64,000 nucleotides of DNA, taken from the NCBI RefSeq assembly GCF_006345805.1, contig NC_042997.1, forward strand, positions 60,512,001 through 60,576,000, in the 5' to 3' direction. Made by a program: the position numbers and the translations under genes. Source of the stretch: Octopus sinensis. Lineage: Eukaryota. Shown here one piece after another: positions 42,626 to 56,215 of this stretch (positions within the stretch are counted from its first letter, which is position 1; the number at the start of each line of letters is the position of its first letter). The notes under the pieces are model-generated. The model was given only the letters and a program-made list of their open reading frames with translations, had not been told where the DNA came from and searched no databases.

Positions 42626-43650
42626 ACTTTAAAAACCTCAATTTATTTATGTAAGTAGATCAAAATAACTAAATCAGACTAATTGTGGCAAAGCTATATT
42701 ACTACATTGTAGCTTTTAAGAAAACCTTTCCTTAAGTATTTAATATTATCGCACTATTTATATATAAATATACTGCTATTAATAACAGCAGAGCAATCAA
42801 AATGATATTACTGTTACAAGTGTGTTTTTTAATCACATATAAATATAGTCATTATGAATATGTCTTTTCTCAAACATAAATATAGTACCATTAAAACTAT
42901 TGCTTGACTCATACATAAATATATTGCTATTTAGATTAAGTCAAGAATTACATTTTAAAACTATGATACTTTTAACAGATTATAATTCAAAAGCAATATA
43001 AATAATGTAATTAGTTATAAAGTTAGTGATTTTCTTCTGAACTTTTTACTTATTTAACAGAAAGAAAATCGTAGCACAATGCTCAAAGCATCTTTTTGCT
43101 GAGCATTCAAGTTAACATTATATTTTGTACCTCTGTAGACTTCATCAGACTCACAATAGCCATAGAAACAGTTCAGCACTACATTTTCAATGAACATAAT
43201 AAAAGCTACACAATTAAAACTCTGAGCCTCTGCAAATTCAAGCCTCAAAATAATGCACTTCCATTCCTCCTGTTGTCGTTACTATATTTGCCACTGTACA
43301 AAATACCACACTAAATAATTTGTTCAATTCCATGTCCTACCAGTGCCCTAGATTTCCTGGCCTCTCAATATCTTCAACACAGAAATTCAAGTTGAGTGTG
43401 AACAGTATCATCCTTGAAAGACTATGGTCACAGGTTCTTATTTTCAAACTAACTAGTAATTATTCTTTTAAACTGACCTCCTAGCAATTACTCAGAAATA
43501 CTTCATATGACAACTTCACAAAGAAATCTCCAACACAAAATAACCTTCATCACAAAGAAACCTAAAAAAAAAAAGGAATGTAAACAGGTGGAACAGTGAA
43601 AAATTAGGTTAAATCTCCATTACAATTTTTTCTCACACTTCTTTAAGATA

Positions 43651-44930
43651 CGAGGGGCGTTCAATAAGTAATGCCCCTGACCCACTTGCAGTTGTTTGAT
43701 CTAGCTGAAATTTTGCATGTGCACTTATTTATACCTCTATAGATTAAGTGGCGAATTACAGCTCTGAACTAATTGTGGTTTCTGATTTACAGGTGTTTGA
43801 ACTGAGTCAAGTGTGAAATGGAGCCTGTTGAGTGTCGAGCAGTGATCTGGTTTTTGTATTTGAAAGGACGCACACCACGGGAGACTTTTGATGAAATGAA
43901 AGTAACTTATGGTGATGATGCCCCATCATATGACCTTGTTAAACGCTGGCATTGTGAATTCAAACATAGTCGGAACTCTGTGGAAACAGCTCCCAGATCT
44001 GGTCGCCCCCTTCTGCCGTTGATGAGACGTCTGTCCGTCAAGTTGAGGCTGCCATTTTGGAAGGTCAATGCATAACTACTCGCCAAATAGCCCATAAGGT
44101 CAAGATTAGTACCGGGTCTGTGGGAACTATCATTCATGACCATTTGCATATGCAAAAGGTGTCTGCCAGATGGATTTCCAGGTTTCCAGAAGCAAGAACG
44201 CGTTGAGTGCTCGAGGATGAATTTGGAGATGTGCCAAGAAGATGAGTCAAAATTTTTCAAAAGACTGATCACACAGGATAAAACCTGGGTCCATTACTAT
44301 GATCCATAGACCAAAGCCCAGTCAATGCAGTGAAAGCACCGTGACTCACCTCCTCCAAAGAAGGCAAGGGTGCAGCCCTCCGCTGACAAGGTTATGCTCA
44401 CAGTCTTCTGGGACCAGGACGGAGTAGTGATGACAGATTTCCTGGCAAAGGGTACCACAATTACAGGAGCCTATTATGCTTCACTTTTGAGGAAATTAAG
44501 AGAAGCTATCAAAATCAAGAGGCGGGGCAAGATCAGCAAAGGCATCCTCCTCCTGCAGGACAACGCTCCGGTCCACAACTCCCGTGTCGCCAGATCAGAA
44601 GCACAGGCATGCAGCTATGAACTCCTCCCCATCCCCCCTACGCTCCTGACCTTGCACCCTCTGATTTTCACCTCTTCCCAGCCATGAAGTTGATTTTGAA
44701 AGGAAAGCGTTTCCCAGATGATGCAGCCTTGATTTCTGAAGTCACGTCGTGGTTGGAGGACCAAGCAGGGGTCTTCTACAAAAACGGTCTCCAGAGCTGT
44801 ATCAAACGATGGGAGAAATGCATAACTCTGGGTAGTTCCTATGTAGGAAAAGACTAATAACTGTGCCAAGTGTCGTTGCTCTACTGCTATGGGAAGTGGG
44901 TCAGGGGCATTACTTATTGAACGCCCCTCG
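43651..44930 (+). mobile_element. Full-length mariner element (1280 bp), probably irritans subfamily
   Basis: TA TSDs at 43649-43650 and 44931-44932; perfect 37-bp TIRs CGAGGGGCGTTCAATAAGTAATGCCCCTGACCCACTT. Confidence 0.96.
43818..44857 (+). pseudogene. Mariner D,D34D transposase pseudogene
   Basis: HTH region ..APSYDLVKRWHCEFK..PRSGRP, ITQDKTWVHYYDP, LLQDNAPVH, restored HPPYAPDLAPSD (34 aa between D2 and D3). Frameshifts and an internal TGA. Confidence 0.93.
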
Positions 44931-45271
44931 TAAAATATTATTTCATATTTATTTCCAACATTTCCATTATACCAAGAATATTGTTTAGTCACAGGCTAAC
45001 AATACTGATCAAGCAACCTAAAATTAAAGGGATTCCAGTCATAACCATCCTGTAAGAATACACAAATGTGTCTTTCTTTGTTAAAAACAGTTAAGTGACA
45101 TTTGAGGGAAATTTGGTTGCAATTTCTTGCAAATTCAGTAATTGCATAGAGGTCTCCATGTTGGTTTGATCAGAAATGTTCTGCAAAACAGCTTAAGCAA
45201 AGAATATGACATTTTTCATTGTCTTATCTCAATACCTCAGCGTGTGAAGCAATGGAGACTACTGACTACAT

Positions 45272-45459
45272 CAGTGGTTCCCAAACTTTTCACTACCAAG
45301 GACCCCTTTTATTTAAATGAGTTTTTCCATGAATCCCTTTTAATATGCTTATCCTTATGTATATATATATAAATATATAAAATTTTGAATTTAGTTCCCA
45401 GACACCCCATACTACCTTTGCAGACCACCAGTCTGTGGATCACAGGCTAAGAACTATTG
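45272..45459. mobile_element. hAT (Charlie/MER5-like) MITE
   Basis: 8-bp TSD GACTACAT at 45264-45271 and 45460-45467; CAGTGGTTCCCAA left end with a degenerate right TIR. Confidence 0.85.
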
Positions 45460-46907
45460 GACTACATGGTTGTTCTACAAAAATTGTTTTTGCTCCAGAT
45501 TGACTGACTACTTCACAAACAGGAGTTTAAAATCAGGAAGAGTATCCAGTTATGAAGTAATAACTATCAAATAAACAGTCCCACTCATAAATATAGAAAA
45601 ATTTATATAAAATAGTTAAAACAAGTTTTTAGGGCTTTTTAGACATTTTGAAATTTTCCTAAGTTTGTTATTTTCTAAAACCAAGGCTGTGGAGTCAGTA
45701 CACCAAATCTTTGGCTCCAGTTCCTCAGTATGTAATCAAATTAACATACTTTTATACTTATTTAAAGCATACAACATACATGACCAATGTGAATCATCAG
45801 ACAATGTTTTATCACTCACTCTAACACAAAATAAAACAACTAGATATAGCATATGTTTTATATTTTGTTTCTTTTTTAGTTCAACAACTCTGAGACAAGG
45901 AACATCATGATGAAAGAAAGTAGAAAGGTAAAACCCCAAAAAGATCACATTTACTGTTCTAATCTCAAAAACCGTTAATATCCCAAAATGTCTTCCATTT
46001 GAACAGTGATATCTATCTAGAAAATCAATACAAATTAAATTACTCTACCACAGAGATAGATTCATATAACTTAAAATGTTTAAACTTTCTAAAAATACGA
46101 AGTAGACCTTTTTTTTATCTGGAACAGGTCAATTATTATTAACTTCAGCCATAACTTTGAGATTTAAAAAAAAATGTAATTTTACAGTTGGTTTTAATTT
46201 GGAAAATATTTTTTAAAGTATTAAGTATTAAGTATTATTAATCCTTCTATAAGATATAAAAATGTACAAAATATAAAATGAAAATAAAAAAAATTAAAGT
46301 AAACATCTAATATGAGAAGAATGGTGATATAAGCTGGAAGTTATAGCATGCATAAGCTTGTTAGTTTTAATATCATACTTTCTTTAAGATTAGCAAAATG
46401 ATACTAGCATTTTTTTCCCTGTTTTTTTCTTTAAATCTCCTTATTAAGCATAGAATTACTCATGAATTATTAGTAAAGATACTGAGAAAATATACATGAT
46501 ATAATAATAGAAAAATTTAAGAGATACACAACACACATATATACATATATACAAATATATATGTAAATATAGAGATTTTGCATATATTATATATAATGAA
46601 GGTGACCAGGTAAATTCGGACAACATTTACATGATGCATTGTTATATGAGAGAAACAGAAAAGAAATTAGACATATATATATATATATGTAAATATCATT
46701 TTCAAAGTCAAATACAATAACTTTGCATTATCAATTAAAAATGTGAGACAAAAAAAAGAAATAATAATTATTGAAGAAGTCTGTTTGGTTAACAGTTACT
46801 CTAAGAATCTATTCCATCCAAAACAGCATACAGACAAGACAAGGCTAAAGAGAGATCTAAAGACAGAAGAGAGGAAGGAGTATTAGGAATATAGAAAACG
46901 GTCTTAC

Positions 46908-46949
46908 AGGCATCTGCATATCCAAAAAATTTGAGAGGCCAATCCAAAC
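46908..46949 (-). CDS. Candidate 42-nt symmetric (phase 1-1) MAP2K7 exon
   Basis: aataatattttcag acceptor and CCT|gtaaga donor. Open as xLDWPLKFFGYADA and compatible with the phase-1 start of exon 13352-13457. No transcript evidence is available. Confidence 0.4.
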
Positions 46950-47179
46950 CTGAAAATATTATTATGTCAAAACTAGAAAACTGGCAGCACTCACAATACA
47001 GCCCAGGTCATGTAATCTGAAGGAAAATACATTGGAGGCTAGCAAAACTTGTGTATGCTTGCTGTATATTGTTTAAAATATTTGTAAATATTTCTAAAGC
47101 AAAATATTTGTAAATGTTAAAATGTAAGGCAAACAATGAACTTCAAAGTTTCATGCATTACATGTACATGTATATATAT

Positions 47180-47262
<83 letters not shown>

Positions 47263-50200
47263 GCATACATTAGTTGTATGCTTGTAACAATATATCACAA
47301 ACATATATAAATATAATATCATACAAACTAAAACATGTTTAAAGAATGATATAAGCAAAAATGTAATGCAGAAAACAATGAATAAATGCAAAATAATAAA
47401 AAAAAATATTTGGTTCTTATTTCTGATATTTGAAATTAATGTGTGTGTGTGTGTGTACACACGCGCACACGTGTGTGTGAGAAGAGAAGGAGAGTATGTG
47501 CATGTGTACTGAAGTGCTAAATCAGAATAGTTTCACCAAAAATTACGCAAAGACATTACTACGCTATACATATTTATATATGTTGACAATCATTATAACT
47601 AAAATTTATTTCATTGGGCCATCAAATTTATTCAACACACATTTTCTAATGCTTTTTATTTAATGATATATGTTTTCAAGTCTCTTAAAGTAATTGTTAA
47701 AACTTTCATATTTATTTTTCCAATTTTCTTCCAAAGTTTTTCTACATTATGGTTTCTCTAAATAAACAACTATATCTAAATTCAGTATATATATATATTG
47801 AGAAATATTTTACTTAATGTTTAAAATTAACTTCATTACTAAAATGAAATAAAACTTATGGTGAAAATATCTAGAGAAAGGTATCAATTTCTAGGTAAAA
47901 CTGGATTTAATACCTTAATTTAATGAAATTTCATAATGTTCATGAATGAAAGTTCAAGAGTGAGAAGAAAAGCAAAAGTATGATTACGATTAATTTTATC
48001 TAGGACCAAACCTATATCATATCCACTTACTCAAAGTGAGTATTTTTATGTAATTATATGAACATCTCTGATAGATGATTATCTTGGAATGAAATCATTT
48101 GTTACAGAAATAATATGTGACCATTTTGTATTAACTAAAACAATAATCAGGAATTGCTTTGTGAGAAGTTAGAAGTTTCTTACTTATCTAATCAAATTTT
48201 TCAATTATCAACTTTGCCTTTCTGCCCCCTCCGTTATTAAAAATCTGCAATAAGCGTTATAGTCAATCAGCTTTATCTCTTTACAAAGATAAAGGAATTT
48301 GGTGTTTACCAGGAGGGGAGGAGGATAGTAGCTAAAAGTGGAATAGAATTTTGAAACCAGTATCAATTAGTTGAAAATGTGTCTTCAATATTTTTAATTC
48401 TATATTAATATCTTGTAAATATGAATTAAGAACATTTGGAATATTTTGCAGAAACTACTGGAGCTCATTTCATTCATATAAATAAAAATAATCTTTAGCT
48501 CATGATAAATTACACATCTGTAAGTGGTAATTATATTCTAAGTTTAACGCAATTTTCTTTGTTAAAAAGCACTAAACAAATTTCTTTCAAATAATCTTTC
48601 TCTGATTAAAGGCCATACAGGATATTAACAGCACATGGAACATCCAAGTGCAAACTAGACTTAATGTAGCTTAATTTCAGTAAATAAATAAAGTTAATAA
48701 TATATATTTCAGTAATTTAGCAAAGACAAGTACAATTTTGTTGCAGCCACTATTGTAGTGTTTGTTAAGCCAGCCAACAATGGAACAACACTCAAAAGTT
48801 TACTTGCAAAATACAAAAACTGAAACAGAAATTAAAATAAATAAATAAATAAATAAATAAAGACATAGCATACTTTCAATCAACAGTGGTACCCAACAAC
48901 TTGGAAAAGCAGCAAAGTATTTGTAAATGTGTAATATAGCACTAAGACAGAGATTTTTTAAGCATTGATAGTAAAGATTGTTAGCCAAACACATAATCAG
49001 CTGTAGGGTTTCAAAGAAAAAAAAAACTATAACTAATATAACAGAGTTATGAATTCTTTTTATCAACAACTTTAGAGTTTATTGTTTTTAAAAGACATGA
49101 TTCTCACACTTGGCAGAAACATAAAACCTATGTCAGTTTAGATATAAATTTTCAGTTTTCAAAGACTGTTAAAAGAAGCTTTTGTTTGTAAGAAGTGTTA
49201 TTCACAACATTATATTCTAATCATATTTTCTAGAATATTATCAAGAACTAGATAAAGAAAAAAGAAAAACAAACTTCAGCAAGTATTTTCTAATTGATAA
49301 CTAAAACAATAAGGATATTAAAATAAAAAGATAACTAAGTGCCATCTAAAAGTAGAAGCCAACAACAGTCAAAACTTAAAATAACCTAGTAGTAAATCAA
49401 GTATAACCTAATTAAAATAAATACAAAATATTTACAGTTTTGTGATTTTGTTTCTTTAGATTTATTTTTAAGAAAGAATCTATGCAAATAACTGTTTCTT
49501 TTTATATCTCACTAGATCTGCAGTCTCACATATTAATTGACCTAGTCTATTTTGTATTTGGTATTCACAACACGATGAATGACTTGCAAAGATGAAAAAA
49601 TGAACTGTAAGATATATTGATGAAAAGGAAAATAATAGAGCAAATAGGTCTTATAGGTTAGAAACAAGATTTTACACTTGAATGAACTGAATGAAAAATA
49701 AAAAAATAAGGTTGCGATGTGATAAAATGATTATCTTAAAAAAATATCACATTAATCAAATAATAAATTGAAGAATTAAGGACCAATCCCTTCTGACTAT
49801 TAAGATATGAAAATAAAACTAATGAGTTAAGTCATTGAAATATAGCTAGAAACATATACATCTAGAAACATACTTTCTCATACTAACACCATTAATTGTT
49901 TGAAATGTATATAATTTGCAGAGAATTTTTTCAAAGAATTTTTAGAGCATATACTTTCTTCAGCCTATTAAACCACTGCATTCTGTAGGGTATAATCTTT
50001 ACTGAGATTAAATTTAAAGATAGTAATTGAACAAAAAAAACATCAGTTTTGTTTCAAAAAATATATTAAACAAAATGAACATACAGATAAAAATAAGAGA
50101 TGGTAATTGTAAAAACAGTTATTACTGGTACATTCATTGTTCTTAATCTATTTCTTCATAATTGTTCTTAATCTATTTCTTCTCCATTTTATTTCTGCTA

Positions 50201-52105
50201 TAGTTTTTATCTAATCTTATTCATCCTACCTTTAACACTGTAATATATGATATTAAAAAACACTAGATTACAACCATCAAAACTCAATATAAACATCTAC
50301 ACAAAATGAGAGCAAATACTCAAATCAACTTTTACAAATCTAGTAATGACATCTAAGAGCATGAAAACTGAATAATTTATGGTATTTCTTTTTGTATCCC
50401 GAGACCTTCAAGGAAAGTGTCTTGTAACTAGATCATACATGTACTATAAAATGAAGCTATGGTGATATTGATGACACTGCATTATCTGTCCAAATACATA
50501 AGTTTATAATTAAATTTCTTGTCAAAGTTTACTAATAAACATACATTGCCTAGGAATATGACTAAACTCTTTAGATGGGTATGTTTAAGATATATTTTGC
50601 ATGCAATGCATATCTGTAAAAATCATGAAATAATTTTTTATGAATGTGTTTGTTGTAAATTTATTACAATTATACATACTCAAATCTCTCATATATATTG
50701 AGCATTCAAAACCTGCAAACTTAATGATAATGCTCCAGTGAACAGTGAAACATCAACCCCCAAAGTAACCTACAAAGTGTTATTTTAGTAATTATTTTCT
50801 TTATAAATCACTTGATTTTTCTAATTATATACATAGCATACAATCATTTAAATGAGATGGACTCTTCTTAAAATGATGTTCAAATTTCCTGAATTAAACT
50901 AAAGCACACTTACAGTATTCCACTGAAGCTCCAGAATCTTCATTATAAATGAGGAATTCAATACTTTTATTCCCTTCACCGGTCTATTTGTAGAGTGTCA
51001 TAGAATATAAAACATGTGTAATAAGTCTAATAGTAATCCCATAACATCTATTATACACTCATTCACTGTGATATAACTAAAAGTAGTGTATTTATGGTAA
51101 TGCTCTCAAAGTAACCATTAGATCAAACAGTTTTAGTCATGTTCATACTGAGTTCTTTTACAATTTTTTACTCTTTTCTTAGCTGCTTCATCAATTACTG
51201 ACAATGAATTAGATATCTTACATTACAACAATTAAGGATCTTAAACATCAAAATTTTTAAATACACTAGTTTCATCTTCTGAGAAGTACATTATTACCTT
51301 TGTGATTCATGAGAATGACATGGGTCATTTAAAGATCAATACATTATGCTACAAAATAAAACCAGACATGGCCATGTGGTTAAGAAGGTCACTCCAAAGC
51401 TGTGTGGCTCCAGATTCAATCCTCCCACCTGCATAGTATTTTATAATATCAAGTAAGAAAGCCACTTGGCTTCTGGAGATGTACACAAACACACACACAC
51501 ACCACTTTAGCATTTAGATTACTCAGTCAGATGTAATGCTTCTTTATTCACATTATTTTGAATTAATCATGCATGACTTATAGCTTTCAAATTTCTGTGG
51601 GGTGTGATGGTATATTATTAGAATGACATTGTAGCGTAGGTGCAAGTAGTCAGATCTGGCCAGATGGAACATAAAACAGGTGGAATATTTAAGCCAGATA
51701 TGGCTGCTTCATAGGATTCCTTTCACGCAAGAAGGAACAGCTATTAGTCCAAACCACTATTAGGGACAATAGCCTAGCAAATTATTTTATTTGCTAAAAA
51801 AGTTTGAAACCATGGTCCAAGAAATATATGGTAAATGTTTTTATTTTTCATTCCCTTCGAGTTTTTTATCCCTAATGGTGATTTGGACTTTAGCTGTTCC
51901 TTCTAGCGTGAAAGGAATCCTATGAAGGATACATCGCATGTATTTAAATGTACACTGTATTTATATGAATAATATATAGTCTGTTGACTAACTTTTCTAC
52001 ACGCTAGGCCACAGGTAGTAAAAATTTCTAAAATATTTATTACTCTGATATTATTAATTTTATATATATATGCAGAGGCGCATATATATATATATGTGTG
52101 TGTGT

Positions 52106-52392
52106 GGAGGCAATGGTTAGGGTAAGCGGACTCATGGTCGGAGGATCGGAGTTTCAATTCCCAGACCAGGCGCTGTGCGTATTTATTGAGCAAAAACATC
52201 TAAAAAGCTTCGGCAGGATGTGGTGGTGACCCCTGTTGTACTCTTTCGCCCCAACTTTCTCTCACTCTTTCTTCCTGTTTCTTGAGTAACGCTGCAATAG
52301 ACTGGTGTCCCATTCAGCTGGGGGGAACACATATGCCATAGAAACTGGGAAACCAGGCCCAGGGGCCTGGCTAGGCTTGAAAAGGGTGCATA
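52106..52392 (+). mobile_element. tRNA-derived SINE (third family)
   Basis: GGAGGCAATGGTTAGG A-box-like and GGAGTTTCAATTCCC B-box-like head, followed by a conserved-looking body ending gaaaagggtgcat. Confidence 0.7.
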
Positions 52393-52606
52393 AATATATA
52401 TATACACACACACACATTACATTCACAGGGCCATTAGGAAAATGAAACAGGCATGGAAGGACAGGAAGTATGGTGGTAGCAGGGAACTGTATCAGATTGC
52501 CAAAAGGGAAGCTAGGAGATAGGTTTACTTATCCAGAGGGGAAGCAAATAAGAAAAACTTTGCCAGTGTTCCGCATTGTGAGGACAAAGACTTGAAGTGT
52601 TTTGTA

Positions 52607-53420
52607 TTGCAAGACAGTGTGTGAAAGAGGATCGTGATGTCATAGGAGAGAAATCTGTCCACATGTGTGATGGCTCACTTGCATTTAATTATGCTGCAAA
52701 GAAAGAGACATGGAGACACCACTAAGAAAGGTTGCTAAATGAAGAGAATGAATGGGAGAAAGAGAGTCTGCCAAATGTACCTTGGTAGATAAAGCAATTA
52801 AGGGTATGAAGATGGTAAGCCCCTGGCCTATCAGGAATCACTGCTGAGATGCTTAAAATATCTGGCGATGTAGGCTATAGTCTAGTCACCTGTATAGTCA
52901 ACCAGGTGATATATGTAGCAGCACCATAGTCAACTGCTACAAAGATAAAGGTGATGCATTGTATAGGAATAACTACAGAGGTATCAGATTGATGGATCAG
53001 GTGATGAAAGTCACGGAGAGGGTCATAGACCAACTAATTAGGGAGAGAGTTAGTTTAGATGAGATGCAGTTTGGGTTTCTGGTAAGACAGTTGCAGGAGA
53101 AATTCGTAGCCAAAGATAAACCTCTGTACTAGGCTTTCATAAACATGGAGAAAGCCTTTGAGAAGGTCTCCCAATTCCTTTATCTGGTAATCAATGCAGA
53201 AAGTAGGGATAGAGGAGTGGTTAGTGAGGGCTGTAAAAGCCATGCACAGGGCTGCTGTCAGAAAGGTGAGGGTTGGCAATGAGTATGGTGAAGAAATCCA
53301 GGTAGAAGTCTGCAGCCCCTCTTATTCATCCAGGTAATAACAAAAGAATTCAAGACAGGCTACTGCTGGGAGTTTCTCTATGCTGATGACCTTGCTCTAA
53401 TAGCTGAGTCACTAGCAGAA
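52607..53420 (+). mobile_element. RTE LINE RT fragment
   Basis: NNYRGIRLMDQVMKVTERVIDQLIRERVSLDEMQFGF, MEKAFE, LYADDLALIAES; same family as the minus copy that follows. Confidence 0.85.
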
Positions 53421-53522
53421 CATCAGTTCTTCCCAGACATCAATTCCTCCCGGCCAAGGCTGCATTCACTTTGGTGAATGAATAAAGCACCTCCTTACAC
53501 ACACACACATATATATATATAT

Positions 53523-55775
53523 ATCATCATCATCGTTTAACATCCGCTTTCCATGCTGGCATGGGACGTTTTGCCTGAGGATTGGCGAGCCAGATGGCTG
53601 CACCATGCTCCAATCTGATCTGGCAGAGTTTCCACAGCTGGATGACCTTCCTAATGCCAACCACTCCGAGAGTGTAGTGGATGCTTTTACGTGCCACCGG
53701 CACGAGGGCCAGTCAGGCAGTACTGGCGATGCCCACGCTCAAATGGTGTTGTTTTATGCGCCACCTGCACAAGAGCCAGTCCAGCGGTACTGGCAAAGAC
53801 TTCACTTGAATGGTGTTTTTCATTTGCCACCAACACAAGTGCCAGTAAGGCGATGCTGGCAACAATCACACTTAAATGGTGCTTTTTATGTGCTACCGGC
53901 ACAGGAGCCAGTCAGCAGCCCTGGCAACGATCATGCTTGGATAGTGCTTTAATGTTCCACTGGCATGGGTGCCAGTCAGGCGATGCTGTCATCGGCCACG
54001 TCAGCGAATTTGATTTTGATTGTGATTTCACTTGCCTCAACAGGTCTTCGAAAGCAAAGTTTAGTGTCCAACGAAAGAAAGGTATGCATAAGTAGGCTGG
54101 TTAAACCGTTGGCATAGGCCACAGGTTATGGTCTCACTTGCTTTGCCAGGTCTTCTCAAGCACAGCATATTTCCAAACGTCTCAGTCACTAGTTATTGCC
54201 TTGGTGAGGCCCAATGTTCAAAGGTTGTGCTTCACCACCTCATCCCAGGTCTTCCTGGGTCGACTTCTTCCACAGATTCCCTCAACTGCCAGGGTGTGAC
54301 ACTTTTTCACACAGCTGTCCTCATCCATTCGCACCACATGACCATGCCAACACAGTTGTCTCCTTTGCACATATCTGATGCTTCTTTCTCGCAAGGCGCT
54401 TACACTTTGTCGTGTATGCACACTGACATTACACATCCAGTAGAGCATACTGGCTTCATTCCTTGCAAGCTTATGCATGTCCTCAGTAGTAACAGTCCAT
54501 GTTTCACTGCCATGTAGAATGGCTGTTCATACACATGCACCATACAGTTTACCTTTTACTCTGAGCAAGTGGCCCTTTATCACCAACAGAGGTAGGAGCT
54601 CTCTGAACTTTGCCCAGGTTATTCTTATTCTAGCAGCTACACTTTCAGAGCATCCACCCCCAACTACTCACTTGGTCACCTAGGTAACGGAAGCTGTCAA
54701 CTACTTCTAGTTTTTCTCCCTGACAGATGTTGTTCTCTGCACATTTCCAGTGTTTATTGCTCCTGAGTATCTGCCACATACAAAAACTATCTTCCCAGTT
54801 AGCCTTCCTTGACATTGCTGCACCTCTTATGTGTCCATAGCTTACACTTGGTACATCTTATAGAGTTTCTTATTTCTTTACTGGCCACAAGGGGCCACAC
54901 ACAGAGGGGACAAACAAAGGGATTAAGTCAATTACATCGACCCCAGTGCGTAACTGGTACTTAATTTATCGACCCCGAAAGGATGAAAGGCAATTTGAAC
55001 TCAGAACATAACGGCAGACGAAATACGGCTACGCATTTCGCCCGGTGTGCTAACGGTTCTGCCAGCTCGCCGTCTTATAGAGTTTCTACCTACGCCTTTT
55101 CTACAGATCGAGCAAGGCCATCTACCTGAAGGGATTTGTGATTTGCCTCCCTTCCTACTTATTAGGACTTTGGTTTTAGCTAGGTTGACTCTGAGGCCCT
55201 TCAATTCTAATCCTTGCTTCCACATCTGAAACTTCTCTAGTTCTGATAGTGACTCGGCAATTAGAACAAGGTCATCAGCATAGAGGAGCTCCCAGAGGCA
55301 TCCTGTCTCGAATTCCTCTGTTACTGCCTAGGAGGGGGCTGAGGACTGAACCTTGGTGGACCCCTACCTCTACCTGGAATTCTTCACTGTATTCCTTGCC
55401 AACCCTCACCTTACTGACAGCATCCCTGTACATGGTTTGCACAGCTCTCACTAACCATTCATCTATCCCTAGTTTCCTCATTGACCACCAGATGGAGGAT
55501 CGGGGGACCCTGTTGAAGGCTTTCTCCATGTCAATGAAAGCCAGGTACAGGAGTTTATCTTTGGCAAGGTATTTCTCCTGTCTTACCAGAAATATAGCAT
55601 CATTCAGCTGTCTTACCAGAGATATAGCATCAGTGGTGCTTTTCACTGGCACAAACCCAAACTGCATCTCATCTAGATTGACCCTCTCCCTAATTAGTTC
55701 GGCTACAACCCTCTCCATGACTTTCATTACCTGATCCAACAGCTTTATACCTCTGTAATTATTTGTATCTAATGG
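53523..55775 (-). mobile_element. 5'-truncated RTE LINE with complete 3' end and ~58-bp 3'UTR tandem repeats
   Basis: ORF 55275-55814 (NNYRGIKLLDQVMK...DMEKAF...GVHQGSVLSPLL), WHGHVVRMDEDSCVKKC...RPRKTWDEVVK, and a (GAT)n tail at 53523. Confidence 0.92.
54871..55072 (-). mobile_element. Nin/Deu-domain tRNA SINE nested in the RTE
   Basis: Perfect 15-bp TSD TCTTATAGAGTTTCT at 54856-54870 and 55073-55087; GGCGAGCTGGCAG head; internal deletion relative to the copy at 5310. Confidence 0.92.
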
Positions 55776-56215
55776 GACAAGAATGCAAAACATCCAGACA
55801 GCTGGGTGACACAAAAAGGGACATCAAAACATCCAGACAGACAATACAACGAAAACAAGGATGGGTCATTCTGAGTTTTCTATCTTCAGTCGAGTTCCAG
55901 ATTATCTTTGCAATTTCGGCTGGTTATACTCGAGATTGCTCCAATCTGGCCAGCCCCAGGAAAAAACTAAGCATTAGATTCTGTGGAAGACAGCAGCGAA
56001 TGTATACAAAAACAAGGATGGGAAAAAACGGAAAACGTTACACAAATACAAATAACAGGACATAACAATAGGTGTCTTTCGACCAAGACGAATTAAATTA
56101 AGCTGGCGTGTGTGGAAGTAAAGCCTTATGGCAGGGACATAAGATTAGACAGGCACAGGGAGGAATATAGATGTTGCACGGATGGTAGTCGAACCAATTT
56201 CGAAGGGAATGAAAA
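55776..56215. mobile_element. Unclassified interspersed repeat at the RTE truncation point
   Basis: GC-richer non-coding block with internal hairpins (ggctgg/ccagcc, agattg/caatct); family not identifiable here. Confidence 0.35.

Noticed and set aside
46995-47016. 22-nt pseudo-exon next to the 42-nt candidate (possible mutually exclusive pair)
   Set aside because: Its length is frame-shifting and the phases are incompatible.
50914-50983. 70-nt minus-strand pseudo-exon with a strong gtaagt donor, open as TGEGNKSIEFLIYNEDSGASVEY
   Set aside because: It is asymmetric (phase 0 to 1), has a weak acceptor, and shows no MKK7 resemblance; plausible by chance.
53680-54000. ~58-bp tandem repeats that superficially resemble a CRISPR-like array
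   Set aside because: They are degenerate contiguous repeats without unique spacers, part of the RTE 3' UTR, and eukaryotic.
55870-55960. Hammerhead-like pieces (ggctgg/ccagcc GAAA; CTGAAGA) on the minus strand
   Set aside because: The core segments are in the wrong order or not linked by a valid stem II.
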